Assembly (NCBI GenBank): GCA_964007735.1
Contig: CAXGAI010000016.1
Location: 62,001 to 93,649, forward strand
Origin: an uncultured Rhodopirellula sp.
Lineage (GTDB): Bacteria; Planctomycetota; Planctomycetia; Pirellulales; Pirellulaceae
DNA length: 31,649 bases
Direction of reading: 5' to 3'
Of this stretch, positions 18,513-27,643 are shown piece by piece. A model generated the notes under the pieces. That model did no database searches, was not told the DNA's origin, and saw only the letters and a program-made list of their open reading frames with translations. The position numbers and the translations under genes were made by a program. Numbering within the stretch: position 1 is the stretch's first letter; each line of letters opens with the position of its first letter.

Positions 18513-18733
18513 CCCGTTACTCCTTTTGCGATTTATTTGGTGATTAAATAGGTTGCCGTTGATAGCTGGACGGTTCAATACTCGTGTTCAATTGTGACTT
18601 TAGTTCGTGATATTGAGAAGTCTTTCTTCAACTTATTTACATTCGCCAACCGTAAGGACGTCGTGTTTGCGTTTGGCACAGACTGATCGTTAAGTCTAGG
18701 TTCGGAAAAAGAACGTTACTTGGAGAATCATCT

Positions 18734-19873
18734 ATGACTTATGCGCGATCCAGGCTGATCTTAGGGATGTCGACTGTGGGGACAGTTGTTTTGGTCTGTC
18801 TAGCCGTTCTGGGCTTTGAACTTTATAGAAAATTTGAGGCAGTAATTCTTGAAAGCGTGGTTGATCAGGTGATCGCTTTGGCCATAATTCTTGCCTTGGT
18901 GTTTGGAGCACTTTTGCCATTTGATATTTTAGGTGGCTTTATTCTTCCCACCAAATTTTCAAAGTCTAAAACAACATTTCAGAGATGGTTTATTGCTTAC
19001 CTTTTGGCAGTCACGGGGCAGTTTTTCTCCTACATAATACTCGGTGTTCTTGTTGTTAACTTAGCTAGCTTCCGCCCCTTTATAGCGACCCTTGGTTTCA
19101 CGGTTCTAAGTATCCTTGTTTTACTAATTCGAAACATGGTGATTAGTTGCCGATTAAAGCCTTATAGTAAGGTAGATGATGGCCTCAGAAAGGGAGAAGA
19201 ATTAGCACGGTCCTGGCTAACGATCTCGAATCAGATTTTCATAGTCAATCGAGAGGATATTGGATATACGGGTGGAATTATTGGTTTTGGCCGGCGATCG
19301 AAGATCTTAATACCGCGAAGATGGCTTTCATTCGGAGTTGATGTTCTTGCCACAATAATCGCCAGAAGAGCAATTGCCATCTCCTCATTTTCTCATACCA
19401 CCGGAGTGATTATCGCTCTTGCTTGTAACATTAGCGGTTTTGTGTGTGCCAACCTGCTGGCGTCGTCCCCAATAAGCTCTTTGGCTTGGTTAATTGAATT
19501 TATTGCCTGGTTTAACTTGTGGACGTTTCTCAGCCTGTTAATTTTGCCAACTTTTAGTCGGTCTGCATCGTCTCTGGTTGACTATCGGTTAGTTTCTCTC
19601 AAGGTCCCTAAGGCGCTTGTGATTCATGCTACCGAGACGATGAATGGGTTGCAGGATAATGAGCGTTCTAGAAATATGCTCATTGAAACAATCTTCCATC
19701 CAATCCCCAGCGTCGAACGGCGTTCTCTGGAGCGGCCACTATTTCCAATTAAAACCTGGCAAGTTGCAAGGACCAGTTTATTTGTTTCTTGGGCTGGGTT
19801 AAGTTTGTTGGCTCGCGCTGTTCATTGTAATGTTGGCCGTCCTGACCTTTGGTTATTACCTCCAAGTGATTAA
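18734..19873 (+). CDS. Multi-TM membrane protein, STE24/peptidase M48-like topology without the HEXXH motif
   Basis: GGAG RBS; several TM helices; TGGIIGFGRRSKILI, LATIIARRAIA, FSRSASSLVD, FHPIPSVERR segments parallel the M48 motif order. Confidence 0.55.
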   Translation: MTYARSRLILGMSTVGTVVLVCLAVLGFELYRKFEAVILESVVDQVIALAIILALVFGALLPFDILGGFILPTKFSKSKTTFQRWFIAYLLAVTGQFFSYIILGVLVVNLASFRPFIATLGFTVLSILVLLIRNMVISCRLKPYSKVDDGLRKGEELARSWLTISNQIFIVNREDIGYTGGIIGFGRRSKILIPRRWLSFGVDVLATIIARRAIAISSFSHTTGVIIALACNISGFVCANLLASSPISSLAWLIEFIAWFNLWTFLSLLILPTFSRSASSLVDYRLVSLKVPKALVIHATETMNGLQDNERSRNMLIETIFHPIPSVERRSLERPLFPIKTWQVARTSLFVSWAGLSLLARAVHCNVGRPDLWLLPPSD

Positions 19874-19940
19874 TCACATCGTCTGAGCCAACAGATGGCA
19901 GGCCTATATAATTTAGCAGGCATGATAAAGGGAAACTGAT

Positions 19941-20696
19941 TTGCCCGAAGGTCACAAAATACATCGATTAGCAAACGACTTGAATCATAGGTTCAAATCG
20001 ACGCGAGTTTATGCCGAATCTCCTCAGGGCAGATTCTCAAAAAGTGCCGCACTTATTAATAACTTGTTAGTGACAGACGCCCAGGCCTGGGGTAAGCATC
20101 TAACAATTCAAATGTCAAAGGATTTGTTCGTTCATGTTCATTTAGGTTTGTATGGTCGATTTAAGTTTTCGCCGACACCTGGCCCTAAGCCTCGCGGAAC
20201 CGTTCGTTTACGTTTGAGGAATACTCACAGCGTTTTCGACCTTACAGGACCAAACTGCTGTGAATTACTCGATGGAAAAGAGCTTCAAAAGTTACAGGCC
20301 CGGCTTGGCCCTGATCCGATACGTCCGTCTGCAAACTATGAAGATGTCTGGATGAAAATTCGGAATAGTAAAGTACCAATCGGAAAAATCCTGCTGGAGC
20401 AACGTAAAATCTCCGGCGTGGGAAATATTTATCGAGCAGAAGCTTTATTTGCCACGCAGATCAATCCCAACCGACAGGCTAAAGAGTTAGAGGAGAAGGA
20501 CTTTGAACGACTTTGGGATTGGCTCGTGACTTACATGCGATTGGGAGTATCCAGAAACCGAATTACAACCAGTATCGATTCGACGCAAGAAACAATGATT
20601 TACGCGCAAGAAGAATGTCCGCAATGCCAACGCCAGGTTGACAAGTGGGATCTCGGAGGGCGCAGCATGTTCGCATGCCTCCATTGTCAAAAGTGA
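19941..20696 (+). CDS. nei: Fpg/Nei family DNA glycosylase/AP lyase (Nei-like)
   Basis: N-terminal (M)PEGH, GKHL, HLGLYG, H2TH motif ISGVGNIYRAEALF, C-terminal zinc finger CPQC...CLHCQ; TTG start. Confidence 0.9.
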   Translation: MPEGHKIHRLANDLNHRFKSTRVYAESPQGRFSKSAALINNLLVTDAQAWGKHLTIQMSKDLFVHVHLGLYGRFKFSPTPGPKPRGTVRLRLRNTHSVFDLTGPNCCELLDGKELQKLQARLGPDPIRPSANYEDVWMKIRNSKVPIGKILLEQRKISGVGNIYRAEALFATQINPNRQAKELEEKDFERLWDWLVTYMRLGVSRNRITTSIDSTQETMIYAQEECPQCQRQVDKWDLGGRSMFACLHCQK

Positions 20697-20702
20697 GCGA
20701 TG

Positions 20703-21080
20703 TCAGTTGATGAGGCTGATTGTTAGGATCACTGAGCAGAGTAAGAAAATAGTCCCGGCGGGAAGAGCTTTAGAAAGGCTATCCTGGCGTATTCTCAAAT
20801 GACAAATCAATGCGGTCAGCATCATACCAGCCATACACAACGTGCTGGGAAGCAAAAGTAGTGGATTCCAGATTGCGGCGATCATGAGTATCGCAGTCAG
20901 TACTTTCAATGGACCAACGGCGTAATAAACCCAGTCTGGGAAACCATAGGCTCGGAATTCTTCACGGAGAGTCGTGGCAGTGGCACCCCTGTAGTTCGTA
21001 GGCTTGTCTCTCCTGAAAAGCCAGACATTGAGAATCGTTAAAGCGACCGTTAATTGAATGATGATGGCTGTGGTTAACAT
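20703..21080 (-). CDS. DoxX-like membrane protein
   Basis: Four TM helices; EEFRAYGFPDW and ALICHLRIRQD motifs; GGAGGAG RBS. Confidence 0.8.
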   Translation of the reverse strand: MLTTAIIIQLTVALTILNVWLFRRDKPTNYRGATATTLREEFRAYGFPDWVYYAVGPLKVLTAILMIAAIWNPLLLLPSTLCMAGMMLTALICHLRIRQDSLSKALPAGTIFLLCSVILTISLIN

Positions 21081-21126
21081 TTTTACTCCTCCGGTACTAC
21101 AAACTTTAACTTGTAGAACCTGCTAA

Positions 21127-21243
21127 TTAATTACTTGTTTGCTTGTCCGGCGCCGTGCTGCGAACAAGCAGGCACGTGACGCATAACGAACTGCCGGCAA
21201 CAATGGTTCCAAAAATTAAAATGACTACGTTGACGAGATCCAT
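21127..21243 (-). CDS. Small single-TM protein (38 aa), not in the ORF track
   Basis: Translates MDLVNVVILIFGTIVAGSSLCVTCLLVRSTAPDKQTSN*; AAGGAG RBS inside the end of the upstream small ORF. Confidence 0.6.
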   Translation of the reverse strand: MDLVNVVILIFGTIVAGSSLCVTCLLVRSTAPDKQTSN

Positions 21244-21246
21244 CAC

Positions 21247-21417
21247 TTACTCCTTCGACGTAGAAAGTATCAAGTTGCCGAGACTTAGAATGGATGGAAC
21301 CCATACGCCGACAAAAATACCTTCCTCTTTGTGACCTAGGAACCAGAGGCTCACGGACAAAACGAACGACACGCCACTGCCGAAAAGGTAAACAGATCTA
21401 GCTTTTCTCAAATTCAT
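21247..21417 (-). CDS. Small 2-TM protein (56 aa), not in the ORF track
   Basis: Translates MNLRKARSVYLFGSGVSFVLSVSLWFLGHKEEGIFVGVWVPSILSLGNLILSTSKE*; AAGGAG RBS 5 nt before ATG. Confidence 0.72.
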   Translation of the reverse strand: MNLRKARSVYLFGSGVSFVLSVSLWFLGHKEEGIFVGVWVPSILSLGNLILSTSKE

Positions 21418-21645
21418 ACTCGCTCCTTATCATTGCGGTAGAGAGATTGTTGAGTGAAAAGAAGAATCGTCAACTCTTTTTCATCACATTTTCACACGGC
21501 AGAGACACACCAGCGTTCGCCCAAACGAGTTCAATGATCGGCGAAAGTTCAATTTTTTTAGCGAAGTCGGTGCTTGCCGAATCAACCCAAAGTTTTAAAC
21601 TGATAGTGATAGATAGTCGATGAATTGATTTTGAAAGTATGCCGT

Positions 21646-22896
21646 ATGTTTTCTTTTTCACGTTTCGTAGTATTGCTTGCTTTGACGTTTCTTGGGACGA
21701 CTTTGGTTTCCGAAGCTCAGCAAACGCCCCGGGACAAGGTCAAGCTCGGTGACCCAGCGTTGACATCCGGAATCTCGGGCACGGGAGCCTTGACGGTTGA
21801 GGAGATAAAAAGTTGGCTGGCGGATGAACGAAATCATCTGGTTTTAAGTCCGTCTTTGCCGCTTGGATTATCGGTCGGGGAAAAACAACTTTATATTCCT
21901 GAAGACAATCCCATGACTCGCGCCAAAATCGAGTTAGGGCGTCAGTTGTATTTCGACCGGAGATTGTCGGTAAATAACACGGTTAGCTGTGCAGATTGTC
22001 ACCATCCGGACGACTCCTACGGACGGGGAACACGTTTTGGCGTTGGCATCAATGGTCAAATGGGCGGGCGTAATTCTCCCGTCAGTTTTAATCGCATTCT
22101 TTCCAAAGCTCAGTTTTGGGATGGTCGCGCTGGTTCACTTGAAGAGCAGGCGATCGGACCTATTGCAAATCCGATTGAGATGGGCAACACGCATCAAAAC
22201 GCGGTCAAGACGTTGATGGCAATTGAAGGCTATCGTTTGCAGTTTGACGAAATTTTTGAAGAGGGTACAACCATTCAAAATGTTGGAAAAGCAATCGCCA
22301 CCTTCGAAAGGACTTTGGTTACCTTGCCTTCTGCTTATGATTTGTACGAGCCGGTTTTGAGTTTGCGAAAAGCGTTTGGTGAAGATTTAGATGACCTAGA
22401 GGCCCTCAAAGAAGACGATCCCGTGTTGTTTGAAAACTACACATCCAAGCTCAAGCAAAGTCAGAGCAATCCCATGTCAGAATCTGCCAGACGGGGAAGA
22501 GAGATTTTCTTTACCACCAAGGGTCGCTGTTCGGCGTGTCATGTAGGAGCTAATCTCGCTGACGAGAAGTATCATAATTTAGGGGTTGGTATGGAGGCAG
22601 ACGAGCCTGATTTAGGTCGCTTTGCGGTGACGAAACAACAAGTGGATCGAGGTGCCTTTAAGACGCCTACAATTCGCAATGTCACGCTTACCGGTCCCTA
22701 CATGCACGACGGAAGCATGGAAACCCTCGAAGAGGTTGTTGAGTGGTATGCCAAAGGAGGGTTTCCTAATCCAACTTTAAGCAAAGATGTCAAGAAGCTG
22801 GATTTGACGGTGCAGGACAAAAATGATTTGGTCGCCTTCATGAAAGCTTGTACTAGCAAGCTTCCCAAAGTTGAACAGGATAGACTCCCTAAGTAG
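21646..22896 (+). CDS. Di-heme cytochrome c peroxidase (bCcP/MauG family)
   Basis: Signal peptide; ELGRQLYFDRRLS, CADCH, RNSP, QFWDGRA, CSACH, FKTPTIRNV, PYMHDGS motifs. Confidence 0.93.
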   Translation: MFSFSRFVVLLALTFLGTTLVSEAQQTPRDKVKLGDPALTSGISGTGALTVEEIKSWLADERNHLVLSPSLPLGLSVGEKQLYIPEDNPMTRAKIELGRQLYFDRRLSVNNTVSCADCHHPDDSYGRGTRFGVGINGQMGGRNSPVSFNRILSKAQFWDGRAGSLEEQAIGPIANPIEMGNTHQNAVKTLMAIEGYRLQFDEIFEEGTTIQNVGKAIATFERTLVTLPSAYDLYEPVLSLRKAFGEDLDDLEALKEDDPVLFENYTSKLKQSQSNPMSESARRGREIFFTTKGRCSACHVGANLADEKYHNLGVGMEADEPDLGRFAVTKQQVDRGAFKTPTIRNVTLTGPYMHDGSMETLEEVVEWYAKGGFPNPTLSKDVKKLDLTVQDKNDLVAFMKACTSKLPKVEQDRLPK

Positions 22897-22937
22897 CTAG
22901 CGGCTGATAAATCAGATCGATCACCAACCAACTGAGA

Positions 22938-22975
22938 ACACACGTCCTTCTACTAGCCAGTAAAAGGACGTGTGT
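22938..22975. terminator. Hairpin between convergent genes (probable terminator)
   Basis: ACACACGTCCTT ... AAGGACGTGTGT 12-bp inverted repeat, extendable by TACT/AGTA; no clear U-tract. Confidence 0.55.
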
Positions 22976-22994
22976 AATCTTGCTTATGGGAAGG

Positions 22995-24311
22995 TTAATG
23001 TTTTCGCTTTTCTCCATCAGAAGGCATGCGCCCTTTTCGGGTATCATTTAACAACTCGGCAAAGTCAATTTGTCTTCTTTCGAGGTCATTGAATTTTCTC
23101 GTGATCGTGTCATCCAGCGGATCTTCGACTTTAATACCCGTGAGGAATCCAGACAATGCCGCCTGATTACCTAAGGAAGCCGGAAGATTATTTTCTTCCG
23201 GAAATGCAATATGGGTGAAAAGAGCATCGGTTTCTGTATGATGGCAACCGCTGCAGGTGAACAAGGCAAATTGATGACGTTGGTCCGAAGTCACATTGGC
23301 TGGTTTCCAGGGAACTCCAAATGGTGTCGGAGCTGAAGATCCCAGAACGGAATCTGGTAGGCCATCCATGAGTTGAAGAATGGCCCCTAGTGTTTGACGC
23401 CCCTGTTTTGTATTGTTGAAGAATTCGAAATCAGGAGTTCCAGCAACGGGTACCTGAGTTAACTTTGGCTGACCTTGGTTGATCTTAAATTCACGAAGTT
23501 CCCAAGGACGTCCTAAAGCCACTTCGTTCGTTCGAACCTGATTCAGATGGAAAGAATGATTATCAGGGCCGATCTGCCGATCCGTGAATGAACGGGTGAT
23601 TTTAGACAATTCATCGCTATAGCGCCGACTTTCGATGGGGTGAGCCTGTAGGCGTTGCCATTTTCTAGCCCACTGATTCAACTCGTGAAGATTAGAGGCA
23701 GCAAGATTGTATTCAAAGATAATGTAGAAACCACGGCCAAGGGGTTTTCCTTCGGCATCCAACGTACCAAAGACCAAGCGACCTTCTCCGGCAGATCTAA
23801 CCTGGTCGTCATTCACAGACCTTAAATCCATTCGATTCACAATGGCTAACAATTTGAAGGGGGCTTTATTTAGATCCAATTTTCCGCCACCACTTGCTTC
23901 CCTCCACGGATCAATGATGAGATCGTTCATCGCAGATCGGGCGATGGCAACTCCATGTCCGACAGTTTGATCTTCGAGCCATTGGTTGAGCCAGTTTTCC
24001 ACAAATTTCGATGGTGGAACTTTTCCACTCATCTGGGTCATCAAATGCTTGAAGGTCCAGTAAGGTGTCGGGCTTTTTGGATCCGTGTAGATTGGATGTT
24101 CCACCACCTTAAGGTCTGTGATCATCAGTACACGTTCAATATCGATATCCTTGAATTCGATTTCATTGAATGAACCAACTGGTGCTGCACCCATTTCAGT
24201 AAGAGGTTTTTTAGGAGGTTTGGCTAAACCCGGCAGAACGGAAAAGGAGAAAACAAATAATGCCAAGACCAACAACAAACTTGCTCTAAAATGTAATTTA
24301 ACCCTTATCAT
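22995..24311 (-). CDS. Exported protein with a single CxxCH (putative c-type heme) motif, function unknown
   Basis: AGGAGGAG RBS; signal peptide (GLA|K); TCSGCH near the C-terminus; APFKLLAIVNRMDL, QVRTNE, PWELREF segments. Confidence 0.75.
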   Translation of the reverse strand: MIRVKLHFRASLLLVLALFVFSFSVLPGLAKPPKKPLTEMGAAPVGSFNEIEFKDIDIERVLMITDLKVVEHPIYTDPKSPTPYWTFKHLMTQMSGKVPPSKFVENWLNQWLEDQTVGHGVAIARSAMNDLIIDPWREASGGGKLDLNKAPFKLLAIVNRMDLRSVNDDQVRSAGEGRLVFGTLDAEGKPLGRGFYIIFEYNLAASNLHELNQWARKWQRLQAHPIESRRYSDELSKITRSFTDRQIGPDNHSFHLNQVRTNEVALGRPWELREFKINQGQPKLTQVPVAGTPDFEFFNNTKQGRQTLGAILQLMDGLPDSVLGSSAPTPFGVPWKPANVTSDQRHQFALFTCSGCHHTETDALFTHIAFPEENNLPASLGNQAALSGFLTGIKVEDPLDDTITRKFNDLERRQIDFAELLNDTRKGRMPSDGEKRKH

Positions 24312-24409
24312 TTCACTCCTCCTTCAGCTTTCAAAAGCTTTCGATTCAAGTTTCCCGAAAATAGTCATTGCTATCCTGCGGGAATGCCCATGACGTAGAA
24401 AACTTGTAA

Positions 24410-24425
24410 TGCAAGTACCGTGCCA
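24410..24425 (-). promoter_or_regulatory. sigma54 (-24/-12) promoter, consensus match
   Basis: Minus strand reads TGGCACGGTACTTGCA, a perfect match to TGGCACG-N4-TTGCW, about 100 nt upstream of ATG 24311. Confidence 0.82.
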
Positions 24426-24596
24426 AACGTGAAATCAAGCCAATTACGCTAGAAATGCATTAAAATAATACACCCAGAGAGGCCGTTAGTATTACGGAAG
24501 TGTATCAAAAAAATACAACCAGTCGTGGCTTGATAGCACGATTCATGGCAGGATAGGTTTTTTTTAGGATATTCGGATCAGGAATAATTGCTTCTA

Positions 24597-25085
24597 TTAG
24601 CCGTTCATTTGCCAAATAGTGATGTTTAGAACCATCGCAAAACTTACCCAAAGAAAGTAGGGGACAAGTAGTAAGCTCGCCGTTTTTGATTTTTTTGAAA
24701 ATGTCACAAGCGTCAGTAAGATCGCGAGCCAGAGAAATAGAATTTCTACTGCCGCAGCGCCAGGGTTGTTCCAGCCGAAGAACAGAATTGACCATAGGCT
24801 ATTTAAGATTAGTTGGATGCCAAACCAGGCAAATGCATTTCGAGCATTCTTCATCCCATGCTTGCACCAAACAATCCAGGCTGCCGTTGCCATGAGAGAA
24901 AAAAGAATCGTCCAAACCGGGCCAAATAGCCAATTAGGTGGAGTCCAGGTCGGTTTGGCTATATCAGCGTACCAATTAGGAATTTGAGGGGTTGTTGCCA
25001 AACTTCCAATGGCAGCCGCAGTGAAGCATATCAGGAAGGAAATAAATAGTCCGGTAGCCGGCTTGAGACTTGAAACGCTTTGCAT
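24597..25085 (-). CDS. tspO: TspO/MBR tryptophan-rich sensory protein
   Basis: WYADIAKPTWTPPNWLFGPVWT, QLILNSLWSILFFG, LLVPYFLWVSFA motifs. Confidence 0.95.
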   Translation of the reverse strand: MQSVSSLKPATGLFISFLICFTAAAIGSLATTPQIPNWYADIAKPTWTPPNWLFGPVWTILFSLMATAAWIVWCKHGMKNARNAFAWFGIQLILNSLWSILFFGWNNPGAAAVEILFLWLAILLTLVTFSKKSKTASLLLVPYFLWVSFAMVLNITIWQMNG

Positions 25086-25122
25086 TTAAAGGGCAATCAT
25101 TACTGGAGACGGTGCCAGGTAA

Positions 25123-25950
25123 TTATAGTTCATAGCGTTGTGGAAACGAGCCGGCTTCGATAGCCGTATCAATCCTGCGGAGTGTCTGTTCAATCTGTCG
25201 AACAGAATCGATTGCCAGGTGGGCACCCGCCGCCTGAAACTGCCTGCTAATCTCACTGGTTTGGGTATTTAATTCTTCGGAAGAAAGACCTTGCATTTCA
25301 ACTTCGGAGAGCCCTAAAAGATTTCCGGTATGTGTTATACCAATGCTCCAGCACCCGGCATTCACACCTGCTTCTACGCCAAGAATGGTGTCATCTACTT
25401 TGACAATGCTTTCCATCGGGAATACGTCTAACTGTTTTGCCGCTTCAAACAGCAGGTACGGGGCAGGTCGTCCTCTGGGAGCATCCTCTGCACAAAGTGT
25501 TATATCTGGTTCGTAGCCCTGTTCTTTCGCTTTTGTTTTAACATCGATCATAAGTTCCCTTGTGTAACCGGTGGATGAACCGATCTTCAGCCCCATGGCT
25601 CTACAGGTATCCGCGGCCTCGGCGGCTCCATCAATTAACTGACTATGGTTTCTCAGGGTTTCTTTCTGCAACGGCAGGAATTGTTCATACATTCGATCGA
25701 TGTCCTCGTCTTCACAATCACGACCGAATTTAGCAAGCCACTGATTCTTTACTTCAGGCATTTCTGTTATCGCCGCGATATGTTCCCGTTTGGCCATGCC
25801 CATAGGCTCCCGGGCCTGCGCAAACGAGATTTCGATTCCCTGACGGTGGAATATTTCTACAAAGACGATGGCAGGTGCCCGGCTACCGTGATCGATCATG
25901 GTGCCCGCCCAATCAAAGACGACCGCTTTGATATGTTTCAACTGATTCAT
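25123..25950 (-). CDS. phnX: Phosphonoacetaldehyde hydrolase (phosphonatase)
   Basis: FDWAGTMIDHGS (HAD nucleophile), PMGMAKREHI (Schiff-base Lys), STGY, GRPAP, VKVDDT motifs; ATG 25950 four nt after the upstream stop. Confidence 0.95.
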   Translation of the reverse strand: MNQLKHIKAVVFDWAGTMIDHGSRAPAIVFVEIFHRQGIEISFAQAREPMGMAKREHIAAITEMPEVKNQWLAKFGRDCEDEDIDRMYEQFLPLQKETLRNHSQLIDGAAEAADTCRAMGLKIGSSTGYTRELMIDVKTKAKEQGYEPDITLCAEDAPRGRPAPYLLFEAAKQLDVFPMESIVKVDDTILGVEAGVNAGCWSIGITHTGNLLGLSEVEMQGLSSEELNTQTSEISRQFQAAGAHLAIDSVRQIEQTLRRIDTAIEAGSFPQRYEL

Positions 25951-25954
25951 ATTC

Positions 25955-27079
25955 CTACCTCTTCTTCCAATATTTTTCGGCCAACCCAAAAGACATCGTC
26001 ATACCGGCACCGCCGGTACCCACAAACAATGAAACGGTTGGATTGATTTGTTCTTCGTAAACAGGAAGGTCAGGGTGTTTCGCATAGATGCCATGCCATT
26101 TCTCCTTTACCGTCCAATCATTCAGACGAATAACCTGTTTAAGCTCTCTTATCATTAGTTCATCAATTTCTATTTTGTCAAAGGGGCTGATGTCTTTTCC
26201 ATATTCATGAGAATCACCCAGAATAACTTCGCCTGATTGGAATTGGGAGGCCATGACGTGAATGCCGAATTGATCCAACTCCGGAGATTCGGTTTTAATC
26301 CTCTGTTTTAATAAATCGATCGAAGGACAGGCGTTAAAGGATGTATAGTGTCGCAGGGTGAGCCCACTGGCAATGTGCGGAATATTTTCGGGTAATGGTT
26401 TCGCCTGAGCTACGGATCGCAGCATTTGAAGCTTACAGAGGACCAGGCTGGATTTTGCAAAGTGCTCGGGGTAAAGAGTATGCAGATCACTACCACTGCA
26501 AATGATGATTCTTCCGACATTCCACCTTTGACGATCCGAAGAAAGGATCTCATTACCGTTGATAGCTGTAATCAGTGTTTCAAAGTGAAACTGGACAGAG
26601 AATTCCCGCGCTAACCACCTGTGGATTCTTTCCGCTGCGGTTCTTGGATCGACACGGAGTTCGGTGTCAGAAACCATTCCGCCCAGCAGGCCTTCCGGAT
26701 TCACCAAGCCTGATCGTTGGCATATTTCAGCGGGTGAAATCAATGTTGCAGGGTGTGTTTGCTGATCTACAAACTCCTGCAGTACTTGCATTTCATCTTC
26801 TTTATGTGCCAGATGAATGGAACCGCATGTCTCTACATCGAGAGCGCCGGCATCCGCCAGTTCCAGCCAGAATTCCCGGGAGCGTTTGGCTACTTCATAA
26901 AGTTCTCCGGCAGGTTGCCCGATGGGCCAGATCATCCCAAAGTTTCGCACGGTCGCTCCCTGGGCAATCGAAGTCTTCTCAAAAACAGCTACTTTATAAC
27001 CTCGCCGAGCTGCCATCCAGGCCTGAGCAAGACCAACGATGCCTCCGCCAATGATTGCTACATCATAATCTGTTTCCAT
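25955..27079 (-). CDS. FAD-dependent oxidoreductase, TIGR03364-type (phosphonate-associated amine oxidase/dehydrogenase)
   Basis: GGGIVG FAD motif; GATVRNFGMIWPIGQ, CKLQML, GLTLRHY, GDSHEY, WHGIYAK, GGAGMTMSFG motifs; adjacent to phnX. Confidence 0.88.
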   Translation of the reverse strand: METDYDVAIIGGGIVGLAQAWMAARRGYKVAVFEKTSIAQGATVRNFGMIWPIGQPAGELYEVAKRSREFWLELADAGALDVETCGSIHLAHKEDEMQVLQEFVDQQTHPATLISPAEICQRSGLVNPEGLLGGMVSDTELRVDPRTAAERIHRWLAREFSVQFHFETLITAINGNEILSSDRQRWNVGRIIICSGSDLHTLYPEHFAKSSLVLCKLQMLRSVAQAKPLPENIPHIASGLTLRHYTSFNACPSIDLLKQRIKTESPELDQFGIHVMASQFQSGEVILGDSHEYGKDISPFDKIEIDELMIRELKQVIRLNDWTVKEKWHGIYAKHPDLPVYEEQINPTVSLFVGTGGAGMTMSFGLAEKYWKKR

Positions 27080-27085
27080 AGTCGT

Positions 27086-27643
27086 TTATAAACTCGCGTG
27101 TTCTAAGAAATCTCGGTAATGATCCAATGGTGGAGTTTTAGCCTCCGGCTCTTTTGCCAAATCATCCCAGATTCGCAATCGAATAGCATCCTGCCAGTGA
27201 GGGTGTGACTTAAACTCCAATAGTTCCTGATCTGACATCGTACCACCTTGTAGTTCCAGACTGGTAATTGAGGCTTCACTTAATTTAGAGTGATAAGTAT
27301 TGTCGGTACTACACAAAAAACGCTTGGCCTGAACATGAAGCTTAATAGGTTCAGTGACAGCCGACGGAAAAAGTAAAGCCAAGGAACGTTCAGCGGCAGT
27401 TTCATGAAGATCATCAACACCACGATCCGGGGCATCGTCAGGCAAATCATGCAGAAGATGACCAAAGTCGTGAAGCAGCGCGGCTACCACAAGTTCTACC
27501 GGACTGTTCTCTTTTTCGGCGAATTGTGCTGTCTGTAATGCATGCTGAAGCTGTGTCACTTCTTCACCTCCGTATTCGGAATGGCCTCCTTTTTTGAAGA
27601 GGGCAAGTACTTCACTTACACTTGAGATAGTTCGCAGGCTCAT
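27086..27643 (-). CDS. phnZ: HD-domain di-iron phosphonate oxygenase (PhnZ-like)
   Basis: YGGEEVTQLQHALQ, AALLHDFGH, HE, HVQAKRFL, SLELQGG, LRIWDDLAK motifs; ATGA overlap with the upstream ADH. Confidence 0.88.
   Translation of the reverse strand: MSLRTISSVSEVLALFKKGGHSEYGGEEVTQLQHALQTAQFAEKENSPVELVVAALLHDFGHLLHDLPDDAPDRGVDDLHETAAERSLALLFPSAVTEPIKLHVQAKRFLCSTDNTYHSKLSEASITSLELQGGTMSDQELLEFKSHPHWQDAIRLRIWDDLAKEPEAKTPPLDHYRDFLEHASL

Noticed and set aside
18674..18689. TGGCACAGACTGATCG upstream of the M48-like gene as a sigma54 promoter
   Set aside because: The -24 element is perfect, but the -12 position reads GATC rather than TTGC, so the required GC is missing
25645..27091. Plus-strand ORFs of 112-159 aa opposite phnX and the FAD oxidoreductase
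   Set aside because: Antisense shadows of well-supported genes, with no recognisable motifs; the same applies to the other short overlapping ORFs in the track
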